A DNA stretch of 32,000 bases from Pseudoalteromonas translucida KMM 520 (GCF_001465295.1 NZ_CP011034.1:3090001-3122000), one strand, 5' to 3'. Positions 10,790 through 19,556 are shown, numbered from the stretch's first letter. Notes: a model not told the origin generated them from the letters alone. A program made the numbers and translations.

Positions 10790-12139
10790 CTAAGCGCCCG
10801 CTATTTGCATTTGTTCAATTAACACAGAGCCAGTTTGAATACCACCACGGCGCTCTATGTCGCCACCAATGGCTGATATTCCTTTAAACATATCTTTTAA
10901 GTTACCGGCAATTGTAATTTCGCTTACTGGATATTGAATTTCGCCATTTTCTACCCAAAAACCAGCCGCACCACGCGAGTAATCACCGGTTACTGTATTT
11001 ACGCCCTGCCCCATTAGCTCAGTTACTAATAAGCCTGTGCCCATGGTTTTAAGTAGCGCGGTTAAATCGTTATGTGTTTGCTCCACTAACCAGTTATGTA
11101 TACCGCCAGCGTGCCCTGTTGGTGTCATATTCATTTTACGCGCAGCATAGCTTGCAAGTAGGTAAGTTTGTAACTCGCCACCTTGAATGATTTCTCTATC
11201 AAAGGTTTTAACACCTTCGCTGTCAAACGGCGACGATGCGAGCCCTTTGAGTATATGCGGACGCTCGGCAATATTTACGCAATTGCTAAATACTTGCGTA
11301 CCTAGGCTATCGAGTAAAAAACTCGATTTACGATACAGCGCACCACCGCCAATGGCCGACACTAAATGACCAAACAATGAATTAGCAATGTCAGCTCTAA
11401 ATATTACCGGTACTTTCATGGTGCCTAATTTTTGGCTATTTAATTTAGCTAAGGTTTCGGCTGCGGCTTCAAGCCCCACTGCTGCGGCATCATTTAAACC
11501 AGCTTGATCGCGTGCTACTGTGTAAGCAGAGTCGCGTTGCATTTGCTCGCCATCCTTACCAATTACCATAGTACTTATGCTGTGGCGAGTACGCGGAAAA
11601 CCGGCAATTAAACCATGGCTATTGCCATAAACACGCAAACCTTGGTGCGATGAAAAACTTGCTCCGTCTGAGTTAACAATGCGCTCATCGGCATTTAACG
11701 CTGCTTGCTCTGCAGCATGACAAAACTCAATGCCTTGCTCTGGGCTTACATCCCATGGATGGTATAAATCGAGATCTTTGGGTGCAAACTCAAGTAGTTC
11801 TTTATCTGCAACACCGTTAAAAGGGTCGTCTGAGGTGAATTTTGCAATATCTATGGCTTTTTCAACCACAGTGCGTAGCGTTTTCGGGCTTAAATCTGCA
11901 GTAGACGCAGAGCCTTTATTATTACCTACATACACACTAATGCCTAAACCGCCATCTTGGTTAAACTCAATGGTTTCTACTTCGCCCATGCGAGTGCTAA
12001 CCGATAACCCTGAAGTGCTAGACATAGCCGCTTCTGCCGCTGTGGCACCGAGTTTTTTCGCATGCTCGAGCACTTCTGCTACCGCATCTTTTACTTGAGA
12101 TATTTGAGAATAAATTGGATCGTGTTGTTGGCTTTTCAT
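10790..12139 (-). CDS. pmbA: Metalloprotease PmbA (TldE)
   Basis: 449-aa ORF, PmbA/TldD family over its full length. It is divergent from yjgA, as in E. coli. Confidence 0.92.
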   Translation of the reverse strand: MKSQQHDPIYSQISQVKDAVAEVLEHAKKLGATAAEAAMSSTSGLSVSTRMGEVETIEFNQDGGLGISVYVGNNKGSASTADLSPKTLRTVVEKAIDIAKFTSDDPFNGVADKELLEFAPKDLDLYHPWDVSPEQGIEFCHAAEQAALNADERIVNSDGASFSSHQGLRVYGNSHGLIAGFPRTRHSISTMVIGKDGEQMQRDSAYTVARDQAGLNDAAAVGLEAAAETLAKLNSQKLGTMKVPVIFRADIANSLFGHLVSAIGGGALYRKSSFLLDSLGTQVFSNCVNIAERPHILKGLASSPFDSEGVKTFDREIIQGGELQTYLLASYAARKMNMTPTGHAGGIHNWLVEQTHNDLTALLKTMGTGLLVTELMGQGVNTVTGDYSRGAAGFWVENGEIQYPVSEITIAGNLKDMFKGISAIGGDIERRGGIQTGSVLIEQMQIAGA

Positions 12140-12284
12140 AAATTAAGTCCTGAGCCTTGAAGGCAATGTTGCACACATTTTTTATATTTAAATGCTAACA
12201 CACTCAATGCATCACATCAGCTAATATTCCTCTGTATGATAATCATGTATAATGGCAGAAGTTATTTTTATTTAAGAGCACCCC

Positions 12285-12818
12285 ATGGCGAAGAAAAAAA
12301 GCAAGCCTGCTGATATTGAAGAAGAAATTGAATATGTCTCAAAAACCGAACTGAAGCGTGAAGCACAAGAATTTCATCAGTTAGGGACTGAAATTGCCAA
12401 AATGGGTAAAAAGCAGCGTGAGCGCTTGCCATTAAATGATGATTTAAAAGCCGCAATGGTTGTTGCCGATAAAATTAGCAATAAAAGTGATGCTTATCGT
12501 CGTCATTTAAACTACATAGCTAAAACACTGCGCACCGTAGAGAACATCGATGCTATAAGATCAATTATCGATGTTATGCTTAATAAAAATAACCAAGCTG
12601 AAGTGTTGGTCAAAAAAATTGAGCAATTACGTGCAGACCTAATTGAACAAGGCGATGACCTAATCAATGAGACTATAGAGCAGTTTCCATCGCTTGATCG
12701 TCAACAAATGCGCCAGCTAGTTCGTAATGCAGCTAAAGAAGCGAAAGATGAAAAACCTGGTAGAGGTTACAAAGAGCTATTTCAATATTTGAAAGATGCC
12801 CATCAAGTTACTTACTAA
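12285..12818 (+). CDS. yjgA: Ribosome-associated protein YjgA (DUF615)
   Basis: 177 aa. Clear similarity to E. coli YjgA as recalled (VSKTELKREAQE..., DRQQMRQLVRNA..., FQYLK). Conserved divergent pairing with pmbA. Confidence 0.88.
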   Translation: MAKKKSKPADIEEEIEYVSKTELKREAQEFHQLGTEIAKMGKKQRERLPLNDDLKAAMVVADKISNKSDAYRRHLNYIAKTLRTVENIDAIRSIIDVMLNKNNQAEVLVKKIEQLRADLIEQGDDLINETIEQFPSLDRQQMRQLVRNAAKEAKDEKPGRGYKELFQYLKDAHQVTY

Positions 12819-12838
12819 CAGATTAAAAAACATACTTT

Positions 12839-12863
12839 AAAAAGGTGCTACGGCACCTTTTTT
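12839..12863 (+). terminator. Intrinsic terminator after yjgA
   Basis: AAAAA-GGTGC-TACG-GCACC-TTTTTTT. Confidence 0.8.
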
Positions 12864-12875
12864 TGTTGTAGATCA
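12862..12875 (+). promoter_or_regulatory. FNR/Anr-type box TTGTT-GTAG-ATCAA upstream of hemN
   Basis: 13 of 14 matches to TTGAT-N4-ATCAA. Its centre lies about 30 bp upstream of a TATAAT hexamer at about 12899..12904, which gives roughly the -41.5 class II geometry. hemN is a classical FNR-activated gene. Confidence 0.5.
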
Positions 12876-12936
12876 ACCCGCCCTGCTAAACATTTTTTTA
12901 TAATCAGCACCTAAATAATATACTAAGGTGCGCGTG

Positions 12937-14310
12937 ATGATTAAACTTCCAAAATGGGATCAAACCCTAATAAATAAATATAATGTGTCTGGCCCACGTT
13001 ATACGTCGTACCCAACGGCACTATCGCTAACCGAGGGCTACCAACAACAAGACTTACTCAGTGCGATTGAGTCATCAAACAGCCGTGCATTGTCTTTATA
13101 TATACATATTCCGTTTTGTAGTCAGCTTTGTTATTACTGTGGCTGCAATAAAATTATTACTCGCCATCAGTCAAAAGCCGACACTTATCTTGATTTTTTA
13201 GCCATAGAAATTGCAGCCCAAGCGCCTCTATTTAAAGACTACACCCTAGAGCAACTGCATTTAGGCGGTGGCACACCCACTTTTTTAACTACGCAGCAAA
13301 TGAGCCGTTTAGTTAAACTTTTGGAGCAACACTTTAATTTTACCGACGCTACTGAGCGTGGTATTGAAATTGACCCTCGCTCGCTTGCCGATAATATGTT
13401 GGTTGATTTAAGTAACTTAGGTTTTAACCGTGTATCATTTGGTATTCAAGACTTTAATGATGAAGTACAACTAGCAGTAAACCGTCCGCAAAATGCCGAT
13501 ACCGTAAAACAGTTAATCACTCAAGCCCGTGAATTAGGGTTTAAGTCGATTAATGCCGACATGATTTACGGCCTCCCACTGCAAACACCACAAAGCTTTA
13601 AACAAACCATAGAGCAGTTGCTTGAGCTTAGCCCTGATCGTGTTTCGGTATTTAATTACGCTCACCTTCCAGAGCGTTTTGCAGCACAACGTAAAATTAA
13701 AGATGCCGACTTACCCAGTGCACACAACAAGCTAACTATGTTTAAAAACACCTTAGAGCAAATGACTCAAGCCGGTTATCAATTTATTGGTATGGACCAT
13801 TTTGCTAAAACTAATAACGAACTCGCTGTGGCACAAAATGCGGGACAATTACACCGTAATTTTCAAGGGTATACTACTCACGGAAACTGCGATTTATTAG
13901 GCTTAGGGGTTTCATCTATATCGCAAATTGGCACAGCCATTTTGCAAAATCAAAAAGAATTAAAGCATTATTATCATAGCGTAGAAACGCAAAGCGGCTG
14001 TGCCATCACCAAAGGCATGCACTTAAGTGCCGATGACGTAATACGCGCAGATGCAATTAAACAACTTATATGCCAGTTTGAGTTAGATATGGAGGCATTT
14101 AGTGCCAAGCATGCGCTTAACTTTAACCACTACTTTGCTGATGCACTAACGGCAATTGAGCCTTTAATTGCTGATGGCATGGTCACTATTAAAAATAATA
14201 TGATTAGTGTCACTGCTAGAGGAAATTTGTTTATTCGTATTATTTGTATGTGTTTTGACGCTCACTTACAAAAACAGCTAAATGCAACGCGTTTTTCTCG
14301 GGTTATTTAA
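12937..14310 (+). CDS. hemN: Oxygen-independent coproporphyrinogen III oxidase (radical SAM)
   Basis: Radical-SAM motif CSQLCYYCGC and a HemN-like sequence throughout. ATG 12937 has an AAGGTG SD 6 nt upstream, so it is preferred over GTG 12928. Confidence 0.93.
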   Translation: MIKLPKWDQTLINKYNVSGPRYTSYPTALSLTEGYQQQDLLSAIESSNSRALSLYIHIPFCSQLCYYCGCNKIITRHQSKADTYLDFLAIEIAAQAPLFKDYTLEQLHLGGGTPTFLTTQQMSRLVKLLEQHFNFTDATERGIEIDPRSLADNMLVDLSNLGFNRVSFGIQDFNDEVQLAVNRPQNADTVKQLITQARELGFKSINADMIYGLPLQTPQSFKQTIEQLLELSPDRVSVFNYAHLPERFAAQRKIKDADLPSAHNKLTMFKNTLEQMTQAGYQFIGMDHFAKTNNELAVAQNAGQLHRNFQGYTTHGNCDLLGLGVSSISQIGTAILQNQKELKHYYHSVETQSGCAITKGMHLSADDVIRADAIKQLICQFELDMEAFSAKHALNFNHYFADALTAIEPLIADGMVTIKNNMISVTARGNLFIRIICMCFDAHLQKQLNATRFSRVI

Positions 14311-14338
14311 TCCTCAGCTCAAGTAGTAAATTTAAAAC

Positions 14339-14368
14339 GAAAAAGCAGACCTGAGGTCTGCTTTTGTA
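14339..14368. terminator. Bidirectional terminator between convergent hemN and the DUF2489 gene
   Basis: AAAA-GCAGACC-TGA-GGTCTGC-TTTTGTATTTT. Confidence 0.8.
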
Positions 14369-14397
14369 TTTTGTGCTTTAAATTATTTAAACGCTGA

Positions 14398-14913
14398 TTA
14401 ATTAAATACCACGTTTTCGCTGCCAGGGGCGGCTTTAAACTCAATAATAATTTTAGCGCAGTCAGCTATAATCTCATCTTTATGTGCCTCTTCGGCACGC
14501 CAGCGAGCTGTATCTAACTTAAATATTTCTTTTTTGGTATATTTTTTACGCGCATCATGAGTCGGCATTTCTTTAACTACTTGGTACATTTTATAAATGC
14601 CCGAGTATTTTGTCGTTAAATCTTGCTCGTCTTCAAAACCATATTGCGACATAAGTACCCAAATACGTAAACAGCCTTCTGAAAACTCACACTGCTGTTC
14701 ATGCATTGCACGCGCGATTAAATGAATGCTGTCGGCTAATTTGGCGTTACGCTTTAAACGCGACTGCTTAAGCTTTTGCTGTTGTTCAGCCTGCTTTTTA
14801 GCAATCAGTTTTTTTTGCGCGCTTAACTTATAAAGCAACTGACCCGCATAAAATGCTAAGCCTACTATAATAGCAGCACCTACAAATAAGGCTAAGATCA
14901 CCGCTGTACTCAT
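14398..14913 (-). CDS. DUF2489-family inner-membrane protein
   Basis: 171 aa with one N-terminal TM followed by a K/Q-rich helix. It lies 13 nt downstream of yihI, so they are probably co-transcribed. Confidence 0.72.
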   Translation of the reverse strand: MSTAVILALFVGAAIIVGLAFYAGQLLYKLSAQKKLIAKKQAEQQQKLKQSRLKRNAKLADSIHLIARAMHEQQCEFSEGCLRIWVLMSQYGFEDEQDLTTKYSGIYKMYQVVKEMPTHDARKKYTKKEIFKLDTARWRAEEAHKDEIIADCAKIIIEFKAAPGSENVVFN

Positions 14914-14926
14914 TTAATAACCCTTA

Positions 14927-15511
14927 TTACTTGTCTTCTTCGTCTAACCATTCGTTAGCAAGATCGTTCGATAAATACTGATCGAAGTCTGAATTACTTT
15001 CTTCGCTAAAGTCATCTTCAAACTCTTCTTCATCTTCATCCTCGATACCAAGCAATTTACACAATGCTTGATGACGAGCAATACGACTATTAAAGTACTT
15101 AGCGTCTTTACCCGTTAGCATTTCGCCATTCTCATGACGCTCTACTAATTTAAGTAAGCGCTCATCATTTTCAAGTGCTTCTAGCTCTTGCTCAGGCGTA
15201 AACTCTGGCTCTGCTGACTTTTTAAGCTCAACAGTTGGCTTTAAGTTACGTTTTATTTCTACTTTAGGTGCAGCTGCAACAGCTATTAATGGCACTGGTT
15301 TTTTACTGCCAATGCGTTTATCTTTAGTTCCCGTGTTACTTTTTTGGCTATCATCATTTAATAGCTCAGGTGTATTACGAGATCCAGGCTTAGCACCTTT
15401 GGTTTTTTTAACACGTTGCTCTTTTAATGCACGCATTTCTTTAAGCTTATCTTGGCTTAAACGTACTGGTCCATTTGCTGGGCTTTTGCGTGACTTTTTA
15501 GTTCTACTCAT
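14927..15511 (-). CDS. yihI: Der GTPase-activating protein YihI
   Basis: Basic N-terminus (KGAKPGSRN, DKRIGSKKPVPL) and an acidic C-terminal tail, matching E. coli YihI as recalled. Confidence 0.88.
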   Translation of the reverse strand: MSRTKKSRKSPANGPVRLSQDKLKEMRALKEQRVKKTKGAKPGSRNTPELLNDDSQKSNTGTKDKRIGSKKPVPLIAVAAAPKVEIKRNLKPTVELKKSAEPEFTPEQELEALENDERLLKLVERHENGEMLTGKDAKYFNSRIARHQALCKLLGIEDEDEEEFEDDFSEESNSDFDQYLSNDLANEWLDEEDK

Positions 15512-15680
15512 ATCTTGATCATCTCACTTAAGAGGTTTTGGGCGAGGCGCAAATCAATGGGCATCGCAATGCTGGCCTAGCCAGAAGAATTCAGTTTGCG
15601 CTTTAGAGGCTGGGTTTCTCTATTTAGCGCTTAAAACAGCTTACTGCTCGTTTTTAAACGGTGGCTATTGTAACAGGACA

Positions 15681-15715
15681 AATAAAAAGGCGGTAGAGAA
15701 AACATCTCTACCGCC
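15681..15715 (-). terminator. Strong intrinsic terminator of the GGA-rich sRNA candidate
   Basis: Minus strand reads GGCGGTAGAGA-TGTTT-TCTCTACCGCC-TTTTTATTT: a perfect 11-bp stem followed by a U-run. Confidence 0.88.
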
Positions 15716-16044
15716 TACTAATCTGAGCGCCATTATCTGGACACTTCTCCCTTCGACTTTTTAGTCTTTATTATTGTTATTATTTTTACCTATCCCTATT
15801 ATTATTATTTTTACCTTCCGTGTAGCATTCCATTTTGTTTTTATTATTAAACTTCCATGAGTTTTTATTATTTTCGGTCTTCCTAACGCTTTTTTGTTAT
15901 TTCCTTTGCTAGCACCAATTTGTGCTATGTAGTCGTGTCGCGCTACTGTCCTTATAGCTTATTCCATTTTGTTATTGTTTTTTGCGACAGGGGTTAATGT
16001 ACCTGTTAATAATTTTGTTACAACTAATTTATATATCTTTTATT
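15683..16044 (-). ncRNA. Candidate CsrB/CsrC (Rsm)-family CsrA-sequestering sRNA, about 360 nt
   Basis: ORF-free. There are 9 GGA motifs on the minus strand within 15748..15965 and none on the plus strand (AUGGAAU x2, AAGGACA, AAGGAAA, UAGGAAG, AUGGAAG, ACGGAAGG, AGGGAUAGG, AAGGGAGAAG). Some sit in hairpin loops (GCUA-UAAGGACAG-UAGC at 15942..15958; AAACU-CAUGGA-AGUUU at 15849..15864). A 13-nt internal repeat AACAAAAUGGAAU occurs at 15827..15839 and 15961..15973. The unit has its own TATAAT and terminator. It is upstream of yihI in the same orientation, as csrC is in E. coli. The 5' end is only predicted. Confidence 0.6.
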
Positions 16045-16050
16045 AAAAGG

Positions 16051-16056
16051 ATTATA
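16051..16056 (-). promoter_or_regulatory. Putative -10 hexamer (TATAAT within TTATAAT) for the GGA-rich sRNA
   Basis: Minus strand reads ...GTGTTTTTTG-TTATAAT-CCTTTTAA. The -35 is poor, which is usual for activator-dependent Csr/Rsm promoters. Confidence 0.45.
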
Positions 16057-16112
16057 ACAAAAAACACAAAAACCATTACATTACATCAAGTTAACAATTT
16101 AATACTTTTAAA

Positions 16113-16130
16113 AATAAGACTTATCTCACA
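16113..16130 (-). promoter_or_regulatory. UvrY/GacA-box-like upstream element TGTGAGATAAGTCTTATT
   Basis: The left half TGTGAGA is identical to the E. coli csrB box TGTGAGAGATCTCTTACA (from memory), and the right half TCTTATT matches 5 of 7. It is centred about 77 nt upstream of the predicted TSS. An additional TGTAAG half-site lies at 16149..16154. Confidence 0.4.
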
Positions 16131-16186
16131 GCTATGCATGGTCAATGTCTTACATAAATAAAGACTATAAAAGTAATTTTAAGCAC

Positions 16187-16213
16187 AAAAAAAGCAGCCT
16201 AAGCTGCTTTTTT
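16187..16213 (-). terminator. Intrinsic terminator after cytochrome c4 (palindromic A/T flanks)
   Basis: AAAAAA-AGCAGC-CTAA-GCTGCT-TTTTT. Confidence 0.8.
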
Positions 16214-16261
16214 GTACATATTGTAGTTTATTACATTAATAATAATTAAATAAATACAACT

Positions 16262-16894
16262 TTAGTGTAAGCCACCTAAGTACTGTGAAAGTACTTCAAT
16301 GTCTTTATCTGTTAATTTCTTTGCAATATCTTGCATCACACCATTTAAATCATTTTGGCGTGTGCCATCACGAAATTTTTCAAGTTGCGCTTTAACGTAA
16401 CCTGGATGCTGAAAAGAAACTTTTGGAAATTTTGCAAGTGACGAGCCATTACCACGGGGGCCATGACATGCAGCACATCCTGGAATACCACGATCTGCAT
16501 CACCTGCTTTGTAAAGTATTTTACCGGTTTCAACTACGTCTTTAGGCGTAGCTTCTTCGCTCATGTTTAGTGATGCAAAATAAGCCGACAAATCTTTCAT
16601 ATCCTGTTCGCTTAATGGCATAGCCATTGCGCTCATAACCGGATCCATACGACCTTTTTTGCCACCGGAGGTCATACCTAGTTTTAAGTCTTGAAGTTGC
16701 TTATAAATATAATCGGCATGTTGACCCGCAAGCTTAGGATAGATATTAATCGGTGCATTACCGTCTGGGCCGTGACAAGCCGCACACGTTACTGATTTTT
16801 CTTTACCTGCGTTTACATCGCCTTCAAATGCTGTTGCGTTGCTTGCTGACAACGCACCAAGCAATATAGTTAAAGATAGTGCTATTTTTTTCAT
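16262..16894 (-). CDS. Dihaem cytochrome c4
   Basis: Signal peptide (MKKIALSLTILLGALSASNATA). Two CxxCH haem motifs (CAACH twice), one in each of two similar domains. Confidence 0.9.
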   Translation of the reverse strand: MKKIALSLTILLGALSASNATAFEGDVNAGKEKSVTCAACHGPDGNAPINIYPKLAGQHADYIYKQLQDLKLGMTSGGKKGRMDPVMSAMAMPLSEQDMKDLSAYFASLNMSEEATPKDVVETGKILYKAGDADRGIPGCAACHGPRGNGSSLAKFPKVSFQHPGYVKAQLEKFRDGTRQNDLNGVMQDIAKKLTDKDIEVLSQYLGGLH

Positions 16895-17161
16895 GGTGAA
16901 TTCTCTGTTTCCGACCCTGTATCATCTACAATATGGATGTTGTGATTTTTATATTCTACACGATAATAAATTCTCTGGCACGTTTTCTACTCATATTAAA
17001 CTTATAATTTATAGGGTTTTGCCTTAGGTTAAGCTTTAACTTGGTTTAAATGTACGGTATATGGTGGTTTAACAGCTTTTTAATAACGCCTTTATAGTAT
17101 AAAATACGCCCCATGAGCGAATTTAGCTCAATGTGATCTTTTTTAAGTTTTAGGAGAGCCC

Positions 17162-17830
17162 GTGCTCAAATCTCGTATCAAATATAATACCGCGTCTTTC
17201 GTTACAAGCGCTCCAGACATTACTAAATTACCTGCTGATACGGGAATTGAAGTTGCGTTTGCCGGTCGCTCCAATGCAGGTAAATCAAGTGCTCTTAATG
17301 CGCTTACTGACCAAAAATTAGCGCGTACTAGTAAAACCCCTGGACGTACACAGCTAATAAATACCTTTGAACTTGCTGATGTTGATGACATGCGCCTTAT
17401 CGACTTACCAGGCTATGGCTTTGCTAAAGTGCCAATTGAAATGAAAAAGAAATGGCAGAAGTCGCTAGGCGAATATTTACAAAAGCGCCAGAGTTTAAAA
17501 GGTATTGTAATTTTAATGGATATTCGTCATCCATTAAAAGATTTAGACCGTGATTTAATTAATTGGGCTATTAGCAGTGAAATTCCTGTTTTAGCGCTAT
17601 TAACTAAAGCAGACAAATTTAAACAAGGTCCGCGTCAATCACAAGTACTTAAAGTTCGCCGTGAATTAAGCGCCCTTGATGGTGATATTACGGTACATGC
17701 ATTTTCATCACTAAAAGGTACAGGCTTGCCAGACGTTGCCAAAAAACTTGATGAATGGTTTTTAGGCCCAGTTGTAGCGGTACCACCTGCTGAAAAAATA
17801 CTTAACGATGACACTAACCCAGCAAGCTAA
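17162..17830 (+). CDS. engB: Ribosome biogenesis GTPase EngB (YihA)
   Basis: GTG start with an AGGAG SD. The G1 motif [15 protein letters not shown] and TKADK are present. The N-terminal half is nearly collinear with E. coli YihA as recalled. Confidence 0.93.
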   Translation: MLKSRIKYNTASFVTSAPDITKLPADTGIEVAFAGRSNAGKSSALNALTDQKLARTSKTPGRTQLINTFELADVDDMRLIDLPGYGFAKVPIEMKKKWQKSLGEYLQKRQSLKGIVILMDIRHPLKDLDRDLINWAISSEIPVLALLTKADKFKQGPRQSQVLKVRRELSALDGDITVHAFSSLKGTGLPDVAKKLDEWFLGPVVAVPPAEKILNDDTNPAS

Positions 17831-17867
17831 TTTATTCTGCAAGGCTTAGAAGCTTACACATTCGATA

Positions 17868-18380
17868 AATAGCCGGGCTTATCTGCCTCGGCTATTTCAG
17901 CCCATTGCATTAATAGCATACATTTCTTGCCACGCGCATATTACAATATGCTAAGCCGTTATTACCCGAGTTTAGGATAAATAAAATGGCTCCCCAGCAG
18001 ATGTTATAAAATAACCCTGTTTATCTATTTCGGCTATTTCAGCCCATTGCATTAATAGTATACATTTCTTGCCACGCGCGTATTACAAACCTTAAGCCGT
18101 TATTATCCGCTATTATCCGAGTTTAAGATAAATCAAACGGCTCCCCAGCAGACGTTATAAAATAACCCTGTTTATCTGTCTGGGCTATTTCAGCCCATTG
18201 CATTAATAGCATACATTTCTTGCCGCGCGCACATTACAAACCCTAAGCCATTATTATCCGCTATAACCCGAGTTTAGGATAAATAAAATGGCTCCCCAGC
18301 AGACGTTATAAAATAACCCTGTTTATCTATTTCGGCTATTTCAGCCCATTGATAAAATACACTTCTTGCCACGCGTGCAC
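17868..18380. repeat. Tandem array (periods 142, 151, 151 bp; about 3.3 units) reiterating the 3' end plus 3' flank of the DUF1285 gene
   Basis: The anchor GGCTATTTCAGCCCATTG occurs at 17890, 18032, 18183 and 18334; the last copy is inside the CDS. The stop-proximal segment TTAGGATAAATAAAATGGCTCCCCAGCAG recurs at 17972 and, diverged, at 18123, and the real gene end is at 18274. The copies differ by a few SNPs and a 9-nt indel. Confidence 0.93.
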
Positions 18381-18792
18381 AGCCCCCATAAGGAAGCTGT
18401 ATATAAGGCACGGCTGCATCTTTGTAGTCTTGTATATATATAGGTTGCTCAGCACTGATGAGCCATTGTCTGTCTAGGTTATCTATACAACAAAGCACTT
18501 GTCCTTGCTCGGTACTTTCAAATCGCCAAGCAACAATAATAAAGGGTGCGTCTTCAACCATGATGGCTATTTTTTCGACTGGCGTTTTTAAATAAAACTG
18601 CTCACCCTCTTTACACAATACCGAGGCAAACAGCTTTACCATAGCTGGGCGTGTTATTTCACTGCCAGCATAAAACCATTGCCCTTGGTCGTTAATAACC
18701 ATTGGCAATGATCCACAGTGAGTTGGCTGCCAACTATCAAAGGGTTTGCTTGGCTCGCTTAATTGCTTGCTTAGTTGGCTAAGGGAAATCAC
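18274..18792 (-). CDS. DUF1285-family protein
   Basis: 172-aa ORF with a DUF1285-like sequence. Its start overlaps the stop of the upstream YceI-like gene by 4 nt (ATGA), suggesting an operon with translational coupling. Confidence 0.78.
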   Translation of the reverse strand: MISLSQLSKQLSEPSKPFDSWQPTHCGSLPMVINDQGQWFYAGSEITRPAMVKLFASVLCKEGEQFYLKTPVEKIAIMVEDAPFIIVAWRFESTEQGQVLCCIDNLDRQWLISAEQPIYIQDYKDAAVPYIQLPYGGCARVARSVFYQWAEIAEIDKQGYFITSAGEPFYLS

Positions 18793-19376
18793 TGCTTTTT
18801 AAATGTCAGTGCAAAAGTAACAGGTACGGCGGTCGCAATTGACGGTAAGCCCGCTAATTTTTGTAATTCCATAATGCCCTCTGTAATTGCAAAATCATTA
18901 CTATTAATAATAATAGGACTGAAAGAAGACACACTTAAATCACCATTTTCTGCACTGCTAACTAGTACATCTATGGTAAGCGGCTTTTTATTACCATGAA
19001 AATCAAGTTCCGCATTAATCCCTTTAAGCACATACTGGCCAGGTTTTTTAATACTGCTGAGCTGCGATGCTAGATCTGCGGTTAATATGGCATTTGCAAA
19101 TGTATCGGCTTCAAATAATAACTTTGTTAAACGCTCATTACGAATAGGGATCAGTGTTTCTGCTGAGGTTAAGTCTACATTTACGCTAAACTCACCTTTA
19201 TCTGATAGCCTGCCTTCAATATTAGTAAAGTGATTTGCTTCAGCAATACTATTTTTTTTGATTGAAACAAAGCTTAATTGGCTTTTATCGTTTACTAACT
19301 GCCAATCGGCCTGCGCAATATTAGAAATAACTAAACTTGATAACGACAAACCTGCAATAGCTAATGCTTTAAACAT
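18789..19376 (-). CDS. YceI-like periplasmic (polyisoprenoid-binding) protein
   Basis: Signal peptide (MFKALAIAGLSLSSLVISNIAQA), YceI-family sequence, and an AGGA SD 7 nt upstream of the ATG. Confidence 0.82.
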   Translation of the reverse strand: MFKALAIAGLSLSSLVISNIAQADWQLVNDKSQLSFVSIKKNSIAEANHFTNIEGRLSDKGEFSVNVDLTSAETLIPIRNERLTKLLFEADTFANAILTADLASQLSSIKKPGQYVLKGINAELDFHGNKKPLTIDVLVSSAENGDLSVSSFSPIIINSNDFAITEGIMELQKLAGLPSIATAVPVTFALTFKKQ

Positions 19377-19522
19377 GACGAATTCCTTCTATAAATGAAC
19401 AATACCCGCATTCATCAGAACCACAAATGAATAGAAAGTACTTTTTATGAGCTTATGATGGTATCACCTAAAGGATTAAGTGTAATTATAGAATAATAAA
19501 TGGGGAATAATTAAGGTTAAGA

Positions 19523-19556
19523 ATAAAAAACGGCCCATCAAATATATGATAGGCCG
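19523..19556 (-). terminator. Strong intrinsic terminator of the polA-downstream sRNA candidate
   Basis: Minus strand reads CGGCCTATCA-TATATT-TGATGGGCCG-TTTTTTATT: a 10-bp stem with one G-U. Confidence 0.85.

Noticed and set aside
11730-12098. 122-aa plus-strand ORF (and 11187..11369)
   Set aside because: Antisense to pmbA. The Ser/Ala/Leu-rich composition is typical of shadow frames.
17868-18380. Possible CRISPR array, suggested by the regular direct repeats
   Set aside because: The period is 142-151 bp, far longer than CRISPR repeat-plus-spacer units. The whole unit, not just a short repeat, is conserved and is derived from the adjacent gene's 3' end. There are no unique spacers and no cas genes.
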